From a virus: 64,000 nt of DNA. The stretch's first letter is position 1, and the number at the start of each line of letters is the position of its first letter. The stretch is from positions 1 through 64,000 of the IMG/VR virus record IMGVR_UViG_3300037247_001118, one strand, 5' to 3'. Below are positions 17,506-28,926 of this stretch, piece after piece. The notes beneath the pieces were generated by a model that was given only the letters and a program-made list of their open reading frames with translations, ran no database searches and was not told where the DNA came from. The translations under genes were made by a program, and so were the position numbers.

Positions 17506-20148
17506 ATGGCCCTAGAAGACGTTGGGGTACGCGCGGTCGTTCAGGGGATCGGCCCCTACGAGCGCAATGCCAAGAAGGTCCAGAAGGCGCAGCAGCGCAT
17601 GGGCGATAGTGCTGTCAAGGCAGCTAAGCAGTCGGGCTTCCTGAGCAAGGCGCTCGGCCAGGTCGCCTCCACTGCCGGCGGTTTCCTTGTCGCCCGTGGG
17701 GTGATGGCTATCCCACAGATACTTGGTGGCATCCTGAGTACGTCACGCGACCTTGAGCTCCAGATGAAGAAGGCGAACATCGTCTTCGGCGACCAGATCG
17801 ATATCGTCAAGGAGTGGGCGAAGACGAACGCGAAGGCGATGGGCCTCTCCGCGTCCGCGGCTACGAACCTCGCAGCGCGCTTCGGTGACATCCTCATTCC
17901 GATGGGGTTCGCTCGGGATGTTGCGGCCGAGATGTCCACAGAGGTTGTGGGCCTGGCCGGCGCCCTGTCCGAGTGGTCTGGTGGCCAGCGGTCGGCAGCC
18001 GAGGTGGCGGACACCCTTGCTAAGGCGATGACCGGAGAGCGTGAGGCGCTGAAGGGTCTGGGAGTCGTCATCACCGAGGCAGATGTCACTGCCAAGCTAG
18101 CGGCTCGTGGCTTCACCGACCTTGCCGGCGCTCAGCTTCAGCAGGCTCGGGCCACGGTCACACAGGAGCTCATCTTCGAGAAGTCCACAGACGCACAGGC
18201 AGCCTACGCCGACGGCGCCGGCACTGCCGCGAGGAAGCAGGCAGAGTTGTCTGCTGCGATGGCGGAGGCGAAGGAGACCATCTCTCTAGCTCTGACCCCA
18301 GCTCTCTTGGCAGTGACGGGTGTGGTAGCTGAGAAACTCGTACCCGGCCTACTCATGGCTGCTGCCGGCATCGGGAAGTTCATTGATGCTGCTGGTGCGA
18401 TGGCTGATCGTGTGAAGGAGAATAAGGATCTCCTCGTAACGTTCGCCGTCGTCTCCCTCGCCGCAGTGTTGATTCCCACTATCGTTAGGGCCGTCACGGC
18501 TCTATGGCAGTTGCATGAAGTTTTCCAGGCGTTGGCGATCGCACGAAACATATCGATCTTCGAGGCTGCTATCCGCAGCTTGACCTTGCCTACCATCGGT
18601 CTGCCAATGCTCGCCATCGGTGCGGTGGCCGCGGGGCTCGCCATCTTCGGGCTCGCTCGCCATTTCCTCCGTGGTAAGAGCGCTGCCGACGAGTTCAAAC
18701 AGGCTCAGTCCGAGCTACAAGAGACACTCGCCGAAACGGCACGTATTGCGCGGTTCGCAGGAATGGATGAGGGTGCTCGTACGGTGGCGGCATTAAGTGC
18801 AGAGTTCCTGGATCTTGAGACCTCGGTGCAGACGGCGAATGATCACATCCGCGAGAATAAAGCGAGAGTCGTTGCTGCCTTCCAGACATACGGCCCTATG
18901 AGTGATGAGGTCCGAAACGCAGCGGAGGCAGTTGCTAAGTGGCGGGGGCAGCTAGAGGACCTTGAGCCTAAGATGGCGGCAGTGAGTGCGGAGGCGAAGA
19001 CGCTGGGGGCCGACACGGAGGATGTGCGGTTGGCTGCTGAGGCCTTGGGCGTGCCAATCGAGGACTTGGTGGGCCTGTTCCCAGCGTTAGGGCTTGCGGC
19101 TGCCGAAGCCAACCAGGATGTTGGCGAGTTCGCAGACGAGGCCGCGACGGATCTTACAGAGGAAGCTAAGAATCTCGGCGACGCGCTGGGAGGCGTCGTA
19201 GATGCGCTCAGCGGAATCCGCTCCGAAATCTCCAAGTTGCTGGGTGTGGAGACGAAGGAGGAGGCTGCGCTGCGCCTCCAGATCAGCTCCCGTGAATTGA
19301 CCATCGCCAAGGCCAAGGAGTGGGTGCGTGTAATAGGCCGTGAGCTGACACCTGCTGAGGAGAAAAGTCTCGAAGTGGTTGGTCTGGAGATCGATGCTCT
19401 GAAGGAGCAGCTAGACCTTATCGGGCTGACGAAGGACGTCACCGAAGACTATGCGGTGGTGATGAATAGTGACTTGCAGCCAGCTCTGGAGGATATCCTT
19501 GATGTAACAGGGGACGTTGCGAAGGGGCTCCAGGATGAGGTTGTCCAGAGTGATATTGCGGCGATTCGTGCTGCTGTTCTGCGAGACGCCGTTGACAAGC
19601 TGAGGGAGGAAGGATTCAATGAGGCGGCTAAGGATTTGGAGGATGGGCTCCTCGCTGATCTCGAAACGCTTGCGGGCATCGATATTGAGACGGAGGTAAA
19701 TGTAGACACAGATAGGGCGAAGCAGATGGTACGCGAGTTTCTGCTTCTGGCTGGAGAAATACCTGATGCCCTCGATGTAGCACTTGTGCTAGCGACGGGA
19801 GAGGCTGAGCGAGAATTGCGGAACTTTGCCCGCCAGAGAGACACACTCTTGCGGCAGCAGGGGGGGTCGGAGGCTGTCACCTCATACCAGTCTGGAGGCA
19901 TCGTCCCGGGCCCCGTCGGCCAGCCTACGCTGGCACTTGTGCACGGCGGCGAGCGCGTGACGCCTGCTGCCAGTGCCGGCGGTGGGCAGTCCATCGCCGT
20001 GACAGTGAACGCGCCAGTCTCCATGCAGGATCAGATGGACTGGTCATCGGTGCGGCGAGCAGTCCACCAGGAAGTCGATGACGCGCTTGACCAGGCACGG
20101 AGCCAGGCGCTCCGGTCGGGGGCGCCTCTGAAATCGGAGATTGGATAA
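17506..20148 (+). CDS. Tail tape measure protein
   Basis: 880 aa, Ala-rich and helical, with a central hydrophobic region and a C-terminal YQSGGIVPG...ALVHGGERV motif. Confidence 0.9.
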   Translation: MALEDVGVRAVVQGIGPYERNAKKVQKAQQRMGDSAVKAAKQSGFLSKALGQVASTAGGFLVARGVMAIPQILGGILSTSRDLELQMKKANIVFGDQIDIVKEWAKTNAKAMGLSASAATNLAARFGDILIPMGFARDVAAEMSTEVVGLAGALSEWSGGQRSAAEVADTLAKAMTGEREALKGLGVVITEADVTAKLAARGFTDLAGAQLQQARATVTQELIFEKSTDAQAAYADGAGTAARKQAELSAAMAEAKETISLALTPALLAVTGVVAEKLVPGLLMAAAGIGKFIDAAGAMADRVKENKDLLVTFAVVSLAAVLIPTIVRAVTALWQLHEVFQALAIARNISIFEAAIRSLTLPTIGLPMLAIGAVAAGLAIFGLARHFLRGKSAADEFKQAQSELQETLAETARIARFAGMDEGARTVAALSAEFLDLETSVQTANDHIRENKARVVAAFQTYGPMSDEVRNAAEAVAKWRGQLEDLEPKMAAVSAEAKTLGADTEDVRLAAEALGVPIEDLVGLFPALGLAAAEANQDVGEFADEAATDLTEEAKNLGDALGGVVDALSGIRSEISKLLGVETKEEAALRLQISSRELTIAKAKEWVRVIGRELTPAEEKSLEVVGLEIDALKEQLDLIGLTKDVTEDYAVVMNSDLQPALEDILDVTGDVAKGLQDEVVQSDIAAIRAAVLRDAVDKLREEGFNEAAKDLEDGLLADLETLAGIDIETEVNVDTDRAKQMVREFLLLAGEIPDALDVALVLATGEAERELRNFARQRDTLLRQQGGSEAVTSYQSGGIVPGPVGQPTLALVHGGERVTPAASAGGGQSIAVTVNAPVSMQDQMDWSSVRRAVHQEVDDALDQARSQALRSGAPLKSEIG

Positions 20149-20528
20149 TGGCCTACCCCTGGCCCGGCTTTAGTTCGATCCTGTTCTCCCGCGAGGAGAT
20201 CCCGATCTTCGGCACCGATATGGGCTGGCAGCGCTTGCCCAGCATCGACCGCGCGCGCCCGCTCGGCTCGGCTACCGACAGCATCGTGACTACCGCGGCT
20301 GGCTCTGCCACCCGGGCGTTTGAGCTCTACCTCAGCCCCACACGGTTGGCCGCGTTGGAGGCTCTGGTCAATACGACAGCAACATTCACCGACTGGGAGC
20401 GCCCTACGCCCGATAGCCGCTCGGCGTTCCTGCGGGCCCTGCTCAACCTAGAGCGGCTCGCTGTGAAGTGCCACGACGGCGTGACGCGACAGCGCTTCCG
20501 CGTTCGTGTAGAGCTAATTAGTCAGTAG
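20148..20528 (+). CDS. Putative distal tail protein
   Basis: Immediately follows the tape measure gene; size fits a minimal Dit. Confidence 0.5.
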   Translation: MAYPWPGFSSILFSREEIPIFGTDMGWQRLPSIDRARPLGSATDSIVTTAAGSATRAFELYLSPTRLAALEALVNTTATFTDWERPTPDSRSAFLRALLNLERLAVKCHDGVTRQRFRVRVELISQ

Positions 20529-20532
20529 CCCC

Positions 20533-23500
20533 ATGCCTACTCTCTCTGACATCTACGAAGAGAACGATACGCGCCGCGTGGCGCACCGCGTAGTCATTGC
20601 TGGCGTCGAGGAGCTGCCCGGCGTCCAGGAGCTCGACATCCAGTTCGCGCCGGCCAAGGTGCCGACGGCGACCGTGCGGATCGCACACCCGACTCCGGCC
20701 TCAGCCGTCTTCTTCTCAGACATCTACATCGACCTTGGATTCGATGGCATTGCCCCGCGCGCCTTCACAGGGAAGATCTGGAATGTGCGCAACGACGCCG
20801 GCGGCACCGTCCTCAAGTGCGTAGGCAAGTCCTGGCCGCTCGACACCGACTACCGCAAGGTTGTCGTCACACTGGACAGCACGACCTCCGCAGCGGCCGT
20901 GGCCGCCCTTCTGAACGAGCTCGGCATCACCGACTACAATATTGACATCACGGCATGGACTATCGCCACTATCGATCCGGTGACGTTGAAGTTCAGCACC
21001 TACGGCGAGGCCATCATGCATATCGTAGAGGTCGGTGGTGGCAAGTGGTGGGAAGCACCGACCGGGACGGTCATGGTAACGGAGTGGGATGAGATTCCTA
21101 GTGCCGACGCCGCTCGGTCCTACTTCTCCATGGAGTTGACAGGTCTGGTGGAGGCATACCCTACAGGGTCAGGTATCAGCGCTGGGCGTCCGCGTATCCG
21201 ACGCGCTCGCCAAATCGAGCAGGTCGAGGACGTGAAGAACCGCGTCTTCGTCCGCGGCGCGGCTATCACCACTGTTGACGGTGATGGGGTGGAAAACACA
21301 GCGGATATCGAGGTCTCGGCATCAGCTCCCAGCGAGTGGGTTCTACACGCCGACGGCAGCCAGTCGTACAACGACCTCCTCTTCGCCAACGAGCTGATCG
21401 AGACGGAGGCGAAGGCAGTAACCGAGGCAGCACGGCTGGTGACCCTCCGCAACCGACTCGGCGTGTTGGGCTCGGTTGTGATCGATGGTGACCCTCGGCT
21501 GAAGCTATCGGAAACGATCCAAGTCGAGGACCCAGCCTACTCCGGCATGAGCGGGAACTGGTTCGTCGAAGCCTACAGTCTGGTACTTACGCCCGCCGCC
21601 TTCGTCGCGGAGCTTGAGCTCCTGGGTGGGGATGAGATCGGGAGTACGGTCAACATCGCGCCGATCCCGCTCTTCGACTACAAGGTCGAGCGCGAGGTCA
21701 TCGGTGACCGCGTGTGGGCCGTCGTGACCTTCAACGCCACAACCAGCCACGACTCGGACGGATCCATTGCAACCTATGCCTGGACAGATAATCAGGCTCC
21801 TCCCCTCGCTACTGGTAGCGACGCGATCTTTTCAATCCGAGTCGATCCTAGCACGCTCTCCGAACCGTGGGACGTGTCGCTCACAGTAACCGACAACGAC
21901 GGAGAATCGGTCACGCTGACTCGAACCGTCGACATCGGCCAAGGCGAGGAGGACGTCTTTATCCCGGTCGTCTATACCGCGTTCGACATCGCGTTCAGTT
22001 GCACGCCAGATGGCGGAGCGACTTGGAATGACCAGGCCTACCCTGCTGGGGGGGTTATCAGCGTCGCTTGCTGGCCGAACGCCATACCGGGACGTGCGTG
22101 CTTCGGGACGGATGATGGCCAGATTTACCTCACCGACGACTTCTGCGAGACCGCGCTGGACCAGCGCCTTGCGGTTTTCGGAAGTGACAATGCCATCGTC
22201 TATATCGTATGGGACTGGAGGGATCCTAACCTCGTATGGGCAGTGACACAAGGGGGGCGCCTGTACCTCTCCCAAGACAGCGGCACTACCTGGAACCTCT
22301 ATACAAACCTACGCGAGCGGCTTGACATCCCCGGCCTGCGCGTCAATCACATGGGGCTCCCCGGAGAGGGAGGCGTGTGGGTCTATGGAGGGAACGGCGC
22401 GGGCATCCCGGTCATAGCCTTCCTACGCAACGTAGGGGGGCAGGAGTGGGGATTGGTGGCGCTCGGAGGTGACCTACTCGAAGACGTGATCGGAACGCTG
22501 ACTGCCGATCTCCACATCGCAGACGCGGCCGACCGCGGGAGCGGCTTGGCGATCATCCTCAACAGTGCCACTTTTACACCGTCGGTCTACTTCAACGACG
22601 ACCCGCACGGTGATGGCTCCCACTGGACTCGGGCCACGGGGCTGCCGGCCAAGAGTCAGGGAGTCTGGATCGACTACGACTTGCAGGATGACCGCTTCGC
22701 TTTCCAGTACAAGGACCGCGTAGTCTACTTGGGTGATGTGAACTTCGGCGTCGACCCAGCTGTGATGGCCGCATCCGCCGCAGCGGGCACGCTTGACGCT
22801 GGCGACGAACCCAATCATGGGATGGCGCTGACGACCGCATTCGGCAACCCGTTCAGCGGCGCATACCTCGTCTCAGGCGAGGGTGCGGTCGACGGGACTC
22901 TCTACAAGACATGGGATCGCTTCACCACGGTCGCCAAGCTCCGACCGGCGACTGGCTTCCCTGTATCGCCAGCGGGCAGTAACGCGAAGATGAGCGCCAT
23001 CGGTCGGCGTGTGCTTCTAGCCGACGTAGATGAGCGGGTTCTGGCGATTGCGTCCGACGGCGGCACACCAAAGGAGACAGCACTCCTCAGTGCTGACGGC
23101 ACCTGGACCGCTCCCGATGTGGTCGGGGCCGGGCTGGGTATTGCGCCGAGAATCTACCCTATGACCGACCAGCTCTGGTTCGCGGTCAACGGGACAGGGA
23201 GCGCTCAGCAGGCTTCGGGTCCGGGTAGGCGCACAGAGGATGGAGGCGATACGTGGGGGGCCACTCCCGATCCTCGCCCTGCCGGAAACGGCGTGGTAGC
23301 CTTCGCACGTGATGCAGGCGGGCGTGTCTGGTGTGTAGTATTCCACTCGACGATTGACAACGCGTACGTCTACTGGAGCAGCGACGACGGAGACAACTGG
23401 AATCTATCGCGGACGATCAGTAATGGGCTGGTCGACGCTGTGTGGAAGATTCTGCCCCATCCTTCCAATCAGAATACGCTAGCCGTCATTAGCTACAGCA

Positions 23501-24129
23501 CTGTCTCCAGCAAGGGATCAATCGACTACACACTTGACCGAGGAACTAGCTGGAATGTCAACAACAGTATCGAACTCTACCGGTGGGCTGCGAGTACCCA
23601 GCTATACTACGATGCCGTGCTGCTCAGCAACAACCGCATCGTCGCCATCGGCCCGCTCGCCGCGAGTGGTGGCTCCCCCCTCTGGCGGGCGATTTACAGC
23701 GACGATTGGGGGGCCAACTGGTCAGTAGCATTCTCGGTAGCCGGCGCCAACGTACGCTTCAGCAACCTCTTCGCCAACTCGGGAGGCACGCGGCTTGGCT
23801 TCGTTTACGTCGAGGATCGCACAGCGTCCCCAGGTGATTGGCACCTCGCACTTTCGACCAACGGAGGAAACTCATTCACCGTAACTGCTCTGGCTGCGGA
23901 ATTGGAAACGCTCTGGACAACGGATGTTGACAACGACGGCTTCTTGTCAACCATGTCGCCCGAGCGCGATGCAATCTATTGCATTCTTCGCAAGACCAAT
24001 ACCCCCAAAGCCTTCAGGCTTACACCCATCAGCGCGGCCGGAGTGTGGGCGGACATCACCAGCGATCTGGATGCTGCTCTGGACTACAATATCAAGGGCA
24101 TGGCGGTCATCCCACGGGTGGGTGCCTAA
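20533..24129 (+). CDS. Tail tip/baseplate hub protein with PKD domain and beta-propellers
   Basis: N-terminal hub-like region, a PKD motif (FNATTSHDSDGSIATYAW...LTVTDNDG) and multiple Asp-boxes (SQDSGTTW, TEDGGDTW, SSDDGDNW, SDDWGANW). Confidence 0.75.
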   Translation: MPTLSDIYEENDTRRVAHRVVIAGVEELPGVQELDIQFAPAKVPTATVRIAHPTPASAVFFSDIYIDLGFDGIAPRAFTGKIWNVRNDAGGTVLKCVGKSWPLDTDYRKVVVTLDSTTSAAAVAALLNELGITDYNIDITAWTIATIDPVTLKFSTYGEAIMHIVEVGGGKWWEAPTGTVMVTEWDEIPSADAARSYFSMELTGLVEAYPTGSGISAGRPRIRRARQIEQVEDVKNRVFVRGAAITTVDGDGVENTADIEVSASAPSEWVLHADGSQSYNDLLFANELIETEAKAVTEAARLVTLRNRLGVLGSVVIDGDPRLKLSETIQVEDPAYSGMSGNWFVEAYSLVLTPAAFVAELELLGGDEIGSTVNIAPIPLFDYKVEREVIGDRVWAVVTFNATTSHDSDGSIATYAWTDNQAPPLATGSDAIFSIRVDPSTLSEPWDVSLTVTDNDGESVTLTRTVDIGQGEEDVFIPVVYTAFDIAFSCTPDGGATWNDQAYPAGGVISVACWPNAIPGRACFGTDDGQIYLTDDFCETALDQRLAVFGSDNAIVYIVWDWRDPNLVWAVTQGGRLYLSQDSGTTWNLYTNLRERLDIPGLRVNHMGLPGEGGVWVYGGNGAGIPVIAFLRNVGGQEWGLVALGGDLLEDVIGTLTADLHIADAADRGSGLAIILNSATFTPSVYFNDDPHGDGSHWTRATGLPAKSQGVWIDYDLQDDRFAFQYKDRVVYLGDVNFGVDPAVMAASAAAGTLDAGDEPNHGMALTTAFGNPFSGAYLVSGEGAVDGTLYKTWDRFTTVAKLRPATGFPVSPAGSNAKMSAIGRRVLLADVDERVLAIASDGGTPKETALLSADGTWTAPDVVGAGLGIAPRIYPMTDQLWFAVNGTGSAQQASGPGRRTEDGGDTWGATPDPRPAGNGVVAFARDAGGRVWCVVFHSTIDNAYVYWSSDDGDNWNLSRTISNGLVDAVWKILPHPSNQNTLAVISYSTVSSKGSIDYTLDRGTSWNVNNSIELYRWAASTQLYYDAVLLSNNRIVAIGPLAASGGSPLWRAIYSDDWGANWSVAFSVAGANVRFSNLFANSGGTRLGFVYVEDRTASPGDWHLALSTNGGNSFTVTALAAELETLWTTDVDNDGFLSTMSPERDAIYCILRKTNTPKAFRLTPISAAGVWADITSDLDAALDYNIKGMAVIPRVGA

Positions 24130-25793
24130 TGTCGGAAATCCAACGAATCCGCGACGACGTCCTTGAACTGGATCGACAGATCCGCCGGCTGCGTGCTCAG
24201 CAGCAGCAGCGCGGAGCTGGGGACTTCGTTCGTGCTAACGCGATTGTCGGCGTTCTCCCGTCGGCCAACGTCCCAGCGCACGGCAGCATCGGCCTGTGGA
24301 CAAACCAGTCCGGCGGCGCGTTGGGCATTGGTGCCGTGGTCGTCCAGAACGGCGATCGCCAATTTGGCACGACCACCACCGCAGATGATCTAGATGTAAT
24401 AGGTGTGCTAACTGAGGCCGTTGCCGATACCGCAGAGGGCCGCCTTCGCCATCAGGGCTATCACCCCAGTGTCATCGTAGAGGGAGCAGTCGTCGCCGGC
24501 CAATTCCTGCGAACGAGCACGACGGCTGGTGCGGCCGAGGATGCAGGCGCGACGCCCACCTCCGGCGCCTTCGGCATGGCGCTCACTACCTTTGCAGGTC
24601 CGGGTGCCGGAACCGTTGCTGCTTACCTGTTCGGCGCGGTCATGGGGGGAGGAGGTCCCTCCCAGGACTTAGACTTTTTCAACGGCACGTTTGTGGAGAC
24701 GCTTGATGCGGATGTGAGCGAGGCCGCCGGCGTAGTCACTCTCTCTCTCCAACAGGAGGGAGGTGGCGATCTCACCATGCGGTTCAGTGACGGGCTGACT
24801 GTTCTCTCCACACCGGTGACAATCGCCCTGACCGTAGGCGACGATGACTCACCCCAGACAAATTACATATACATCCCGATAGCTACGAAAGTACTCACCA
24901 AGTCCACAACTCAGTGGCCCGCGACCGAGCATATCAAGGTCGGCTACTACCTCGTCCCCTCGGCAGCCTTCGTAGCCGCCAACGGGTGCTACATCCAGCA
25001 GCAGTGGAACGATCACCGGATGGGGACCGACAATATGGGCCACCTGGCCCACATGGCCGCACGTCAACGCCTAACGCCAGCGCGGTACTTCGATGGCATC
25101 GACCCTAACGGTACGACGAGCTACCTGACCATCGTAGGTGCCACTGTCGATTACAAGGCCACCTCAGGCGTGATCTTCCAGATGCACGATCATGCTTCCC
25201 CGGCCGTTGACACCTCTGCCGGAGACAAGGTGCTCGTCGTCAATTGGAGCGGCGATGCGTTCCACGACATCACGAACCTATTCGATATCATACGCGACTC
25301 CGGCGGGAACCTGATCGGCAACAACAAGTGGTTCAACCTCGTCATCTGGGGGGTGGCGAACAAGTCCGGCACGTACGAGCCCACGATGATCAACCTTCCG
25401 GGCGGCTTCTACAACACTCAGGCTAGCGCGGAGCAGGACATCTCAGGCTTCGACAACTTCGACCTGCCCCGTGAGTTCGACCTCGAATCCTCAACGGCGT
25501 TCCTCATTGCTAGGCTGACCATCCAGAAACAGGCGGGCACTTGGGCCTTTGGCTCAGTTGTGGACCTGCGAAGAGGAGACCTCCTGGGAGCCAGGGGCGG
25601 CGCTTCCTCGTCTGAGACAGAGTTTCCCGATAACACGTTCAACATCTTCGATGCGACGGACAACACCAAGGTAATCGACTTCCAGGCCGACCAGATCGCG
25701 ACGGGCACAACACGGACGATTACTATGCCGGATGAAGATGTTGCGCTCGTAGCCCATCCCTCAGACAGGACCTTTGTGATTGCAATGTCATGA
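24129..25793 (+). CDS. Tail fibre/minor tail protein
   Basis: Start at ATG 24129 (MSEIQRI). N-terminal coiled coil followed by beta-rich domains; position in the tail module. Confidence 0.6.
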   Translation: MSEIQRIRDDVLELDRQIRRLRAQQQQRGAGDFVRANAIVGVLPSANVPAHGSIGLWTNQSGGALGIGAVVVQNGDRQFGTTTTADDLDVIGVLTEAVADTAEGRLRHQGYHPSVIVEGAVVAGQFLRTSTTAGAAEDAGATPTSGAFGMALTTFAGPGAGTVAAYLFGAVMGGGGPSQDLDFFNGTFVETLDADVSEAAGVVTLSLQQEGGGDLTMRFSDGLTVLSTPVTIALTVGDDDSPQTNYIYIPIATKVLTKSTTQWPATEHIKVGYYLVPSAAFVAANGCYIQQQWNDHRMGTDNMGHLAHMAARQRLTPARYFDGIDPNGTTSYLTIVGATVDYKATSGVIFQMHDHASPAVDTSAGDKVLVVNWSGDAFHDITNLFDIIRDSGGNLIGNNKWFNLVIWGVANKSGTYEPTMINLPGGFYNTQASAEQDISGFDNFDLPREFDLESSTAFLIARLTIQKQAGTWAFGSVVDLRRGDLLGARGGASSSETEFPDNTFNIFDATDNTKVIDFQADQIATGTTRTITMPDEDVALVAHPSDRTFVIAMS

Positions 25794-26113
25794 CAGATGC
25801 GTACAAGAAACTCGCCCAGGTAGAACTCGCCCAGGACCCGGCGACGACGACGATCTACACCGTGCCAGGTGCCACTCAGACTATTGTGAAGCACATGACG
25901 GTGGTGAACTCGACTGGTGGGCCCGTAACCTTCAAACTTTGGCGCGATGGAGTGGCTGATGTTAACCTTATCACCGTGGAGGTGATCCTAAAATCTGGTG
26001 CTTTTGGGGAGTGGGATGGTACAATATTTATGGAGGCGGGTGATACGTTGGTCGGCCAGTCGGACACAGCTTCGGCAGTGACCATCACTGTCGACGGGGA
26101 TGAGGTAACATAG
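25790..26113 (+). CDS. Small beta-rich virion protein
   Basis: TTIYTVP...IVK...N pattern common next to fibre genes. Confidence 0.55.
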   Translation: MTDAYKKLAQVELAQDPATTTIYTVPGATQTIVKHMTVVNSTGGPVTFKLWRDGVADVNLITVEVILKSGAFGEWDGTIFMEAGDTLVGQSDTASAVTITVDGDEVT

Positions 26114-27310
26114 ATGGCTTGGGAGTTCTACGCCGCTACGAGCGCTACCGGCCCTACCGGCCCCACCGGACCGCAGGGAACGGCAGGAACCTCTGGTACT
26201 GCCGGTACTGGCCCAACAGGCCCAACAGGACCAACAGGCCCTACTGGGCCACAAGGGACGGCGGGCACGTCGGGAACTGCTGGCACTGGGCCAACCGGGC
26301 CAACGGGGCCGACTGGACCAACAGGCTCACAGGGGACGGCAGGGACAGCGGGCACGGGCCCTACCGGTCCCACTGGCCCTACCGGACCTACAGGCCCGCA
26401 GGGTACGGCGGCACAACTGACAGGTCCTACGGGTCCTACGGGTCCTACAGGCCCGACAGGTCCTCAAGGAACGGCCGCGCAGCTAACTGGGCCTACTGGG
26501 CCCACTGGCCCTACGGGCCCGACTGGGGCTCAAGGCACAGCGGCGCAACAAACCGGTCCAACGGGACCAACTGGCCCGACCGGGCCGACTGGCGCCCAGG
26601 GTACGGCAGCACAGCAGACTGGGCCTACCGGCCCGACGGGACCTACGGGAAGCCAGGGAACTCAAGGGACGGCTGGCGCAGCCGGCTCTACGGGCCCTAC
26701 AGGGCCTACCGGGTCGCAGGGAACTCAAGGAACCGCTGGTGCCCAAGGTACGCAAGGAACCGCTGGGGCCACGGGCCCCACAGGCCCCACGGGAAGCCAA
26801 GGTACGGCTGGCACTGTAGGCGCAACCGGTCCTACCGGACCAACAGGGCCTACGGGGCCACAAGGGACTTCCGGGACGGCAGGCACGGGGCCAACAGGTC
26901 CTACCGGACCTACGGGGCCGACAGGATCACAGGGAACAGCAGGCGCGAGCACGCGCAAAATCCTCATCGTCATGGACGGTGGCGGTAGTGTGCTCGAAAC
27001 CGGCACCCGGCCGCCAATCGACATGCCAAACGTGGCACTCACCTTGAAGCGTGGGCGGCTTCTGGCTGACGTGACCGGCAGTATCAAGGTGGACATCTTC
27101 GTTGATAGCTTCGCGAACCATCCGCCCGTCGATGCCGACTCAATCTGCGCCGGCCATGAGCTGGAAATCTCAGGCGCTATCAAGGACGAAGATCAGACGC
27201 TCACAGGATGGGAAACGACGCTGGCGGCGCGTGCCGTCATGCGGGTCAACATAGATAGCGTTTCAACCATCACCCAATGTACAGTGACTCTAGAGGCTGA
27301 CCCCACATGA
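26114..27310 (+). CDS. Collagen-like fibre protein (Gly-Pro-Thr repeats) with globular C-terminal domain
   Basis: About 270 aa of [12 protein letters not shown] triplets followed by a ~120 aa non-repetitive domain. Confidence 0.92.
   Translation: MAWEFYAATSATGPTGPTGPQGTAGTSGTAGTGPTGPTGPTGPTGPQGTAGTSGTAGTGPTGPTGPTGPTGSQGTAGTAGTGPTGPTGPTGPTGPQGTAAQLTGPTGPTGPTGPTGPQGTAAQLTGPTGPTGPTGPTGAQGTAAQQTGPTGPTGPTGPTGAQGTAAQQTGPTGPTGPTGSQGTQGTAGAAGSTGPTGPTGSQGTQGTAGAQGTQGTAGATGPTGPTGSQGTAGTVGATGPTGPTGPTGPQGTSGTAGTGPTGPTGPTGPTGSQGTAGASTRKILIVMDGGGSVLETGTRPPIDMPNVALTLKRGRLLADVTGSIKVDIFVDSFANHPPVDADSICAGHELEISGAIKDEDQTLTGWETTLAARAVMRVNIDSVSTITQCTVTLEADPT
26147..26945 (+). repeat. Degenerate 9-bp (GGN CCN ACN) tandem repeat encoding collagen triplets
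   Basis: Repeats vary mainly at third codon positions, so they are coding repeats. Confidence 0.9.
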
Positions 27311-28926
27311 TGAAGAACGCCTCCTACTACGACAAGGTGTACCGGGGCGAGTACGCGGTGGACGAGAAGCGCGTCCAGTTCGTGGCCGAGCTCTGCCGTG
27401 GCCGCGTGCTCGATGTGGGCTGCGGTGATGGGGCCTTGGCAGCGGCGCTGGGCGACGGGCGGCAACAATTCTATGTGGGCGTGGACTTCTCGCGGGAAGC
27501 CTGCCGCCGTGCCCAGGAGCGAGCACCTAGCTTCTCGCACCAGTTCATCGTCCGCGACTTCCTAGGCGAGGGGCTGCCTAGCCCAAGGGGTCCGTGGGAT
27601 ACGATTGTACTTGGCGAACTTCTCGAACACCTGGACGATGCGGCAGAGGCTAAGCTCCTCAAGAAGGTCCAGCGTGCTCTAGCGCCGAACGGCCGGCTGA
27701 TCGTCACAACGCCTAACGGCGACGCAGTGCCCGATGTCGCCCACGTCCGAACCTTCCACCTCAACGGCATGACGGAGAAGCTGGGGCCCTTCGGTGAGGT
27801 GTGTGGCCACGCCTACTCGGACAGGTACGTGATCGCCTCGGCGCACCCGGCGGGCCGGCCCAAGCTCACTGTCGTGCTCATCACCAAGAATGAGGAGGAG
27901 CTGCTGGGCCAGTGCCTTGAGTCATTGGAAGGGGTCTGGGACGAACTGGTAATCGTGGACACAGGCTCGACGGACAGAACGATTGAGATCGCCGAATCCT
28001 TCGGTGCCCACATCGGTCACTTCCCCTGGGTTGACGACTTTGCGGCGGCCCGCAACTACGCCGAGAGCCTATGCTCGGGCCAGTACGTCTACTGGCAGGA
28101 CGCCGACGAGATTCTGCTTGAGGGCAAGGAGGCTATTCGCGGGGTCGTAGAAGAGGGCAAGCAGGATGGCCTCTCTCCGAAGCTCATCTTCAAGCGCGAT
28201 GCAAGCGGCGCACCCATCAATGAGTTCCTTCGCCAGGAGATGCTTCACAAGCACAACGGCGAGTGGCGCTGGGAAGGCGCCGCTCACAATTGGCTATGCG
28301 GCCCGGTCAGAACGGCGGCCCCGCAGATTCTGGTTGAGCACCTTGATCGCCCCAGCGGGGACCGGCCCAACCATACAGACATCTTCGTGGCGCTGCGGAG
28401 CAACCTGAAGATCGAGGGCGCACCAGAAGAGCGCAGCCTCTTCTACCTGGCCCGAGAACATTACAACAAGGGGCACTACCACGAGGCAATCGGCACCATT
28501 GGCCTCATGCTTCAGTCGCCCATTTCCTGGCCGGTGCAGAGGTCGAGAGGGTGCCTCATTGCCGGCCACTGCCAGCAGGCGTTAAAGAACCAAGAGGCGG
28601 CCGCGCAGGCGTACCTCAAGGCCATCGAGGTATGCCCAACGGTGGCAGAGGGCTACTACTATCTGGGCAAGCTGCGCTATGAACAGCAGCGGTACGAGGA
28701 AGGGGCGACGTGGTTCAAGGCGGCCACGGTGCCCGGCCCGAAAGGCTTCTTCGATGACCTGGACATCTACGAGTGGCGCCGGTACGACCTCCTGGCCGTC
28801 TGCCTCCACAAGATGGGGCGTTCGGAGGAGGCGCGGGTCTACGGGGCGAAGGCGCTTTTGGTCCGTCCGAATGACGAACGGCTGAAGAAGAACATGGAAT
28901 ACTACGATGCTGCAATCGCTCGCTGA
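27307..28926 (+). CDS. SAM methyltransferase + GT2 glycosyltransferase + TPR fusion
   Basis: VLDVGCGDG...ELLEHL...TTPN; then LITKNEE...CLES...IVDTGSTD.T...W.DDFAAARN...DADE; then TPR-like helices ([14 protein letters not shown]). Confidence 0.9.
   Translation: MMKNASYYDKVYRGEYAVDEKRVQFVAELCRGRVLDVGCGDGALAAALGDGRQQFYVGVDFSREACRRAQERAPSFSHQFIVRDFLGEGLPSPRGPWDTIVLGELLEHLDDAAEAKLLKKVQRALAPNGRLIVTTPNGDAVPDVAHVRTFHLNGMTEKLGPFGEVCGHAYSDRYVIASAHPAGRPKLTVVLITKNEEELLGQCLESLEGVWDELVIVDTGSTDRTIEIAESFGAHIGHFPWVDDFAAARNYAESLCSGQYVYWQDADEILLEGKEAIRGVVEEGKQDGLSPKLIFKRDASGAPINEFLRQEMLHKHNGEWRWEGAAHNWLCGPVRTAAPQILVEHLDRPSGDRPNHTDIFVALRSNLKIEGAPEERSLFYLAREHYNKGHYHEAIGTIGLMLQSPISWPVQRSRGCLIAGHCQQALKNQEAAAQAYLKAIEVCPTVAEGYYYLGKLRYEQQRYEEGATWFKAATVPGPKGFFDDLDIYEWRRYDLLAVCLHKMGRSEEARVYGAKALLVRPNDERLKKNMEYYDAAIAR

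Noticed and set aside
12540-26116. Several in-frame TAG-ATG junctions (12540, 17503, 26111) suggesting amber readthrough or recoding
   Set aside because: The downstream genes have their own SD-like sequences and all conserved genes are full length in the standard code. Ordinary translational coupling explains the pattern.
26147-26945. Long repeat tract as a possible CRISPR array or DGR region
   Set aside because: Repeats are 9-bp codon-degenerate units encoding Gly-X-Y. There is no repeat-spacer structure and no reverse transcriptase in the window.
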